From an uncultured cyanobacterium (GTDB lineage Bacteria > Cyanobacteriota > Cyanobacteriia > Cyanobacteriales > CAWCAG01): DNA of 64,000 nucleotides. Under the pieces are notes generated by a model that was not told the DNA's origin, searched no databases, and saw only the letters and a program-made list of their open reading frames with translations. A program made the position numbers and the translations under genes. Below, in pieces: positions 59,839 through 64,000 of this stretch. The DNA lies in NCBI GenBank assembly GCA_963793425.1, contig CAWCAG010000007.1:1024001-1088000 (forward strand). Direction: 5' to 3'. The first letter of the stretch is position 1. Every line of letters begins with the position of its first letter.

Positions 59839-62820
59839 TTAATTTTGTCGTTTAACAAAAGGAATCTCATCTTCTTCAGCCAACTCTTGAGAAACTTGAT
59901 AAGCTCCATAACGGTTAAGATGACTAGGATCAGTAAATAACTGATTTTGCCCAGACAAAATACTCATAAAATCAATAAAAATTAAATCTGTTTTCGTTTC
60001 AGTACGATTCATATATTGAGCAAATTCTCTTTCATATTTGCGGCGAATCGGATCTAAATATTGCTCAGTTAAAGGCAAATTGACGAAAACCAAACTGCTG
60101 TTTTGAGTTGCTAAAAATTGCAACAAGTTTTGCACAGCTTGGTCTTGTTCTCCATCTAAACGAAAAGAATTATAGTCCCCATCATAGTTTCCTGAAACTA
60201 GGGGATGCTTTTGATAATAAGTTTTGGGGTCAAAGCGTTCTGAAAGAGGCAGAAAACCATTAATATCAATAGCTGTTGCCCCTTGCTCTGGGTTTAATTC
60301 CTCAATTTCTTCTTGAGAAGAAGCAGAGCTAACTAAGCTAGCAAATTGATCTCTAAATAGAGCCTTGAGGCGATCGCGCTGGGGATAAACTCCAGAAATA
60401 TTACCCAATAACTCATTAACCCAATCATTAGCAACTTCATAATTACTAGTTAAATTAGCTTTAGTAAGATTCTTCTCTTGGGGAGCATTCGCAAAGTTAC
60501 CGGCGTTTAATTTTTGATAACCTGCTGAATTAATAATCGCCTGGTAAGTTAAATCTTCCCTACCACTATTAAAAGCCCTCGCCCCATCAGCCCAAATAAT
60601 TAGTTTAGGTAATTCTTCCGGACTCAAAAGGCGACGCAGAATAAAATCTACCACTTGAGCTGTGGCACCGTTAACACCGAAATTGAAAACTTCCAAATCT
60701 CCATAGCCTTGTTGAGCCAAAGTTTCTTGTAAACCTTGAGGATCTACCCCCCGCAAAGCACGAGAACTGCCCACAACTAAGACATCGGGAGGGCTTCCTT
60801 TTTCCTTAACCTGTTGTTGATAAAGAGCAAGTTTTTCATCTAATAGTCGGTTATTAAAAGAAGGATTATCAGAACGAGCAGAAGCTAGTATCGCTGCGGT
60901 AGAAGCATCGGGACGAGATAAGCCTTCCGAACCAATACGGCTTTGGCCTTTTTGAGTAAATTGTTCCCCATTAAAAACTCCCTCAGTTTCCCCAGAAATT
61001 GCTGGGGAAGTTGGAGAAGAGGGTAGAAGTTCATCTTCAAAATCTGCTAATAAATTTTGCTCCTGTTCTTTCGCTTGGAAGCTATATTGCAGCCATAAGC
61101 CTAGTAACCTATCCGTTGCCAAAGCACAGGTTAACCCCAAAGTTGCCCAAGCAATAGCTGCTCTTATACCTTTACGAGTTAGAGTAGGGGCCAAAGTAGG
61201 TTGCTGGCCAGGAACAAAAAATCTGGAGAGACAAAGAATTTGCTTCAGAAATTGACTAGTTCCTGTCCCTATTTTGGTAAAGCTTTGCGGAGTAGTTTGC
61301 TCTTGTTGTTGAGTAAGTATAGCTTCATCATCGGTAGCAGTTTCTACCTTATGAGGATAGTTCTCTGTCTCCTCAAATTCCGGAGTTGCTTCAACTGCTA
61401 AACTTTTACGACTAACAAAATCAACTCCCCGACTCCAAGTCGCTGAAGAATTGCCAGCACGACGGCCATAAATTCTCACTCCCACAATTTGAGGGATAGA
61501 AAGTTGACGTAGTAAACTTTCTATTGGTGGGACGATTTCTTGAGAAGGACAGGTAATACCCTCGCACATAATATGCAGAAGATTTTGTTTACGGCATAGC
61601 CGAACTCTAATCCCTCCTAACCTCAAAAGTTCGTCAAGCTCCGGGTTGAGTAACCTTTGCAGCAAGAAAGTAAGGGACTTTTTATCACCTTGTTGAGCCA
61701 GAGAATAAGCAGAAAATCCCTCTCCTGTTTGGATTAAGTTTAACCACTTAATCCAAACAGGTACTTCTGAACCATGGGCATTAACTGGATGATCAACATT
61801 GGCGAAGTTAACCATACCAGACTCATTTTTTTGTGTTGCCTTTTTAATCTTAGGATTTTGAATGCCATAAACTGTAGCAGACTCAATTCCTTGAGGCTTG
61901 AGAAGCTCTAAGATCGGTGAAATTGCTTCCATAGCATTGTCTTGGTTAGGAGCGCCTTTATGGACTTCCTGAGCCGAAGATACAACGCTAGCGAACAAAT
62001 GTAGGGTTACGTCCTTAAGAACAGCCCTGACTTCCATACCTTGGTCTTGCAATTCTTCATTGAGCAAGCGAGTTAAAGCCTGAATATCTCCCCACTTAGC
62101 CCAATTTTTGAGCATCTGCTTTGAAGATGTTAAATCTACCCGTAAAGTCCAATCAGGACGTTCTTCCCCCCTTACCTGCGCTCTCACAACAGCCTCTTTA
62201 TGCCCTTCTAGTTCTAAGGCTCGTAGCTTTTGAGCAATGGGTTCAGCCAGCAAGGAGGGATCAGGACTGTAATTACAACTGCAAATTACCCAGAGCCGCC
62301 GCTCAGGAATTTTTTCTGCTTCCTCAACATCAGGAAGCTTTTGCAGAATTACCTTAACGCTGACCCCCAAGTGAGAAAGAACCGCACTGAGATAGCGAGC
62401 AATAGCGGTTGGATAACCGGAACGAGCTAAATTTTTATGGGAATCTAGGGAGTGTCTTTCGCCTTCAGGTAAAGACGATTTTTCTGGATTGAGAGTAATA
62501 GTTTTGATCCAAGCAAAACTATTTTGACCAATCTCCTTGCCATAAATAACTACTTGGTAAATAGTCTCTTTATGATCTAAAGCGAAAATTTTTTGCTGCC
62601 CTTGGGAAGATTTGAGGATTTTACCTAATCGAGGTACAAGCTTAGTTGCTTGGGGACAATGATGATCTTCACAAAGTACCAAAAGATTATTCCCCTTCAA
62701 ACGCACTCGCAAGCGTATACTCAGTGGCTCTTGTTCAGGTTTTTGGAGGGCCTGATACAACCACTGAGAAAAAGAGAGATTACGAGTTTTAGGATGGTTT
62801 CGATCTACATCCAACATCAC
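59839..62820 (-). CDS. DUF1574-like protein: four N-terminal repeated modules, TM, SGNH-like C-domain
   Basis: VVGSSR, FNFGVNGAT, FTDPSHLN (DxxH). Confidence 0.75.
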   Translation of the reverse strand: MMLDVDRNHPKTRNLSFSQWLYQALQKPEQEPLSIRLRVRLKGNNLLVLCEDHHCPQATKLVPRLGKILKSSQGQQKIFALDHKETIYQVVIYGKEIGQNSFAWIKTITLNPEKSSLPEGERHSLDSHKNLARSGYPTAIARYLSAVLSHLGVSVKVILQKLPDVEEAEKIPERRLWVICSCNYSPDPSLLAEPIAQKLRALELEGHKEAVVRAQVRGEERPDWTLRVDLTSSKQMLKNWAKWGDIQALTRLLNEELQDQGMEVRAVLKDVTLHLFASVVSSAQEVHKGAPNQDNAMEAISPILELLKPQGIESATVYGIQNPKIKKATQKNESGMVNFANVDHPVNAHGSEVPVWIKWLNLIQTGEGFSAYSLAQQGDKKSLTFLLQRLLNPELDELLRLGGIRVRLCRKQNLLHIMCEGITCPSQEIVPPIESLLRQLSIPQIVGVRIYGRRAGNSSATWSRGVDFVSRKSLAVEATPEFEETENYPHKVETATDDEAILTQQQEQTTPQSFTKIGTGTSQFLKQILCLSRFFVPGQQPTLAPTLTRKGIRAAIAWATLGLTCALATDRLLGLWLQYSFQAKEQEQNLLADFEDELLPSSPTSPAISGETEGVFNGEQFTQKGQSRIGSEGLSRPDASTAAILASARSDNPSFNNRLLDEKLALYQQQVKEKGSPPDVLVVGSSRALRGVDPQGLQETLAQQGYGDLEVFNFGVNGATAQVVDFILRRLLSPEELPKLIIWADGARAFNSGREDLTYQAIINSAGYQKLNAGNFANAPQEKNLTKANLTSNYEVANDWVNELLGNISGVYPQRDRLKALFRDQFASLVSSASSQEEIEELNPEQGATAIDINGFLPLSERFDPKTYYQKHPLVSGNYDGDYNSFRLDGEQDQAVQNLLQFLATQNSSLVFVNLPLTEQYLDPIRRKYEREFAQYMNRTETKTDLIFIDFMSILSGQNQLFTDPSHLNRYGAYQVSQELAEEDEIPFVKRQN

Positions 62821-62904
62821 TGTTCACAAATCTGGGATTAGTTAAGAGACTCAAGGTAAAAAGTATTAAAATGCCATATTAAGTAACTTTATAATAGATA
62901 AGCA

Positions 62905-63156
62905 ATGCCACCAGAATACAAAAATTCCTCACAAAGTGCAGCTTGGGATCTTTCTAAATTACCAATCAACCCAGAAAATGTCTTGAGTTTTTTGACAATG
63001 CCTTTTTTACTCGGTGTTATGGCAGCAGACTCTATTGCTGAATCATTAATAGATTTGGGACAAGCTAGCGAAGAAATTTTTAGAGGTGATCATTTACCAT
63101 TACTCCATCTTCCCCCATTAAATGAGGAACAAGAAACAGAAAATCACTCTAAATAG
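62905..63156 (+). CDS. Small conserved-looking cyanobacterial hypothetical protein
   Basis: Hydrophobic segment followed by LGQASEEIFRGD.LP.L. Confidence 0.65.
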   Translation: MPPEYKNSSQSAAWDLSKLPINPENVLSFLTMPFLLGVMAADSIAESLIDLGQASEEIFRGDHLPLLHLPPLNEEQETENHSK

Positions 63157-63371
63157 TACTCAAATCCTCCATCTTACTAGAATATGAATTCTCCATTCAG
63201 TGTTTACTTGTGCTACAAAGTAAACCACTAACCCATACAATCATAAAAGCGCTACCTAAACGCCCTAAGCGTTTTTGATTAAGATCAAAAAACACCAAAA
63301 TCATCCAGGGGCGCAAATTCAAGTGTTTTTTGCAAGTAGGTTATAGTTTTTTTTAGTGGGGACAGGCAGTT

Positions 63372-64000
63372 ATGAGTTCGCTTCTACAATTTTCTGAGCA
63401 GGAAATTCGACTCCCTTCTACGTCTGAACTGTTGTTACGTCGGCGACTCAAGCTAGTAGAAGAGTTGTGGGAATCAGTTCTGCGGTATGAATGTGGTCAG
63501 GAATTATTAGATTTGCTGAAGCAGCTACGGTCAATGTGTTCTCCGGAAGGGTTGACCACAGAGTTACCAGAGTCCTCTATACCGAAATTAATCGCTAAGT
63601 TAGAGCTTGATGATGCCATTAAAGCAGCCCGTGCTTTCGCTCTTTATTTCCAGTTAATTAATATTGTTGAGCAACACTACGAACAAAAAGATCAACAAAT
63701 TTCTCGCCAAGTTACCTACAAAGAGCAAAAGCAGAAATATTTACCCAACTCTGGTGATCCAGAAAATGGGACTACAGGAGATTCTTCTGTTGGAGTTAAT
63801 CGCTTAGAAAAAAGTTGGCAAGATAGTAAAGAAAACCAACTTTTTCAAACAGGTACTTTCCACTGGCTTTTCCCTCACCTCAAAAAGGTGAATATGCCAC
63901 CTCAAACCATCCAAAGATTACTAGAACAGCTAGATGTACGCTTAGTCTTTACTGCCCACCCCACAGAAATTGTCCGCCACACAATTCGCAAAAAACAGCG
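63372..64000 (+). CDS. ppc: Phosphoenolpyruvate carboxylase, 5' part (runs off the window; not in ORF track)
   Basis: ATG at 63372; translation includes RLKLVEELWESVL, AARAFALYFQLINIVEQH and the signature LVFTAHPTE. Confidence 0.95.
   Translation, partial: MSSLLQFSEQEIRLPSTSELLLRRRLKLVEELWESVLRYECGQELLDLLKQLRSMCSPEGLTTELPESSIPKLIAKLELDDAIKAARAFALYFQLINIVEQHYEQKDQQISRQVTYKEQKQKYLPNSGDPENGTTGDSSVGVNRLEKSWQDSKENQLFQTGTFHWLFPHLKKVNMPPQTIQRLLEQLDVRLVFTAHPTEIVRHTIRKKQ

Overview
64-kb segment of a cyanobacterial chromosome. This assignment rests on the psbD-psbC operon, nblS/hik33, sasA, hik2, pex, clpR-clpP3, frequent HIP1 octamers (GCGATCGC) and short tandem heptamer/octamer repeats in intergenic spacers. 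Most of the window is housekeeping: menB, murF, accC, rpsF, serS, a partial ppc, ureE, gatD and a GH57 branching enzyme. Small accessory pieces are scattered among these: two Uma2 nucleases, a Panacea/RelE-like toxin-antitoxin pair, an orphan ParD-type antitoxin, spmA-spmB, an oxidoreductase-SelD fusion, and three gene remnants (FGE-sulfatase, XisI, Mut7-C) that each appear to have lost an internal segment but kept their extreme C-terminus. I saw no rRNA, tRNA, CRISPR array, transposase, integrase or reverse transcriptase. No single large novel system is evident. The best leads are a structured clpR-clpP3 leader, the terminator/palindrome-containing pex leader, an 11-mer amphipathic-repeat protein, a lipase plus flippase-only MprF pair, GH57-spmAB linkage, and a Uma2/xisI cassette bracketed by REP-like elements. 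All family assignments are by eye from motifs, not from database searches.
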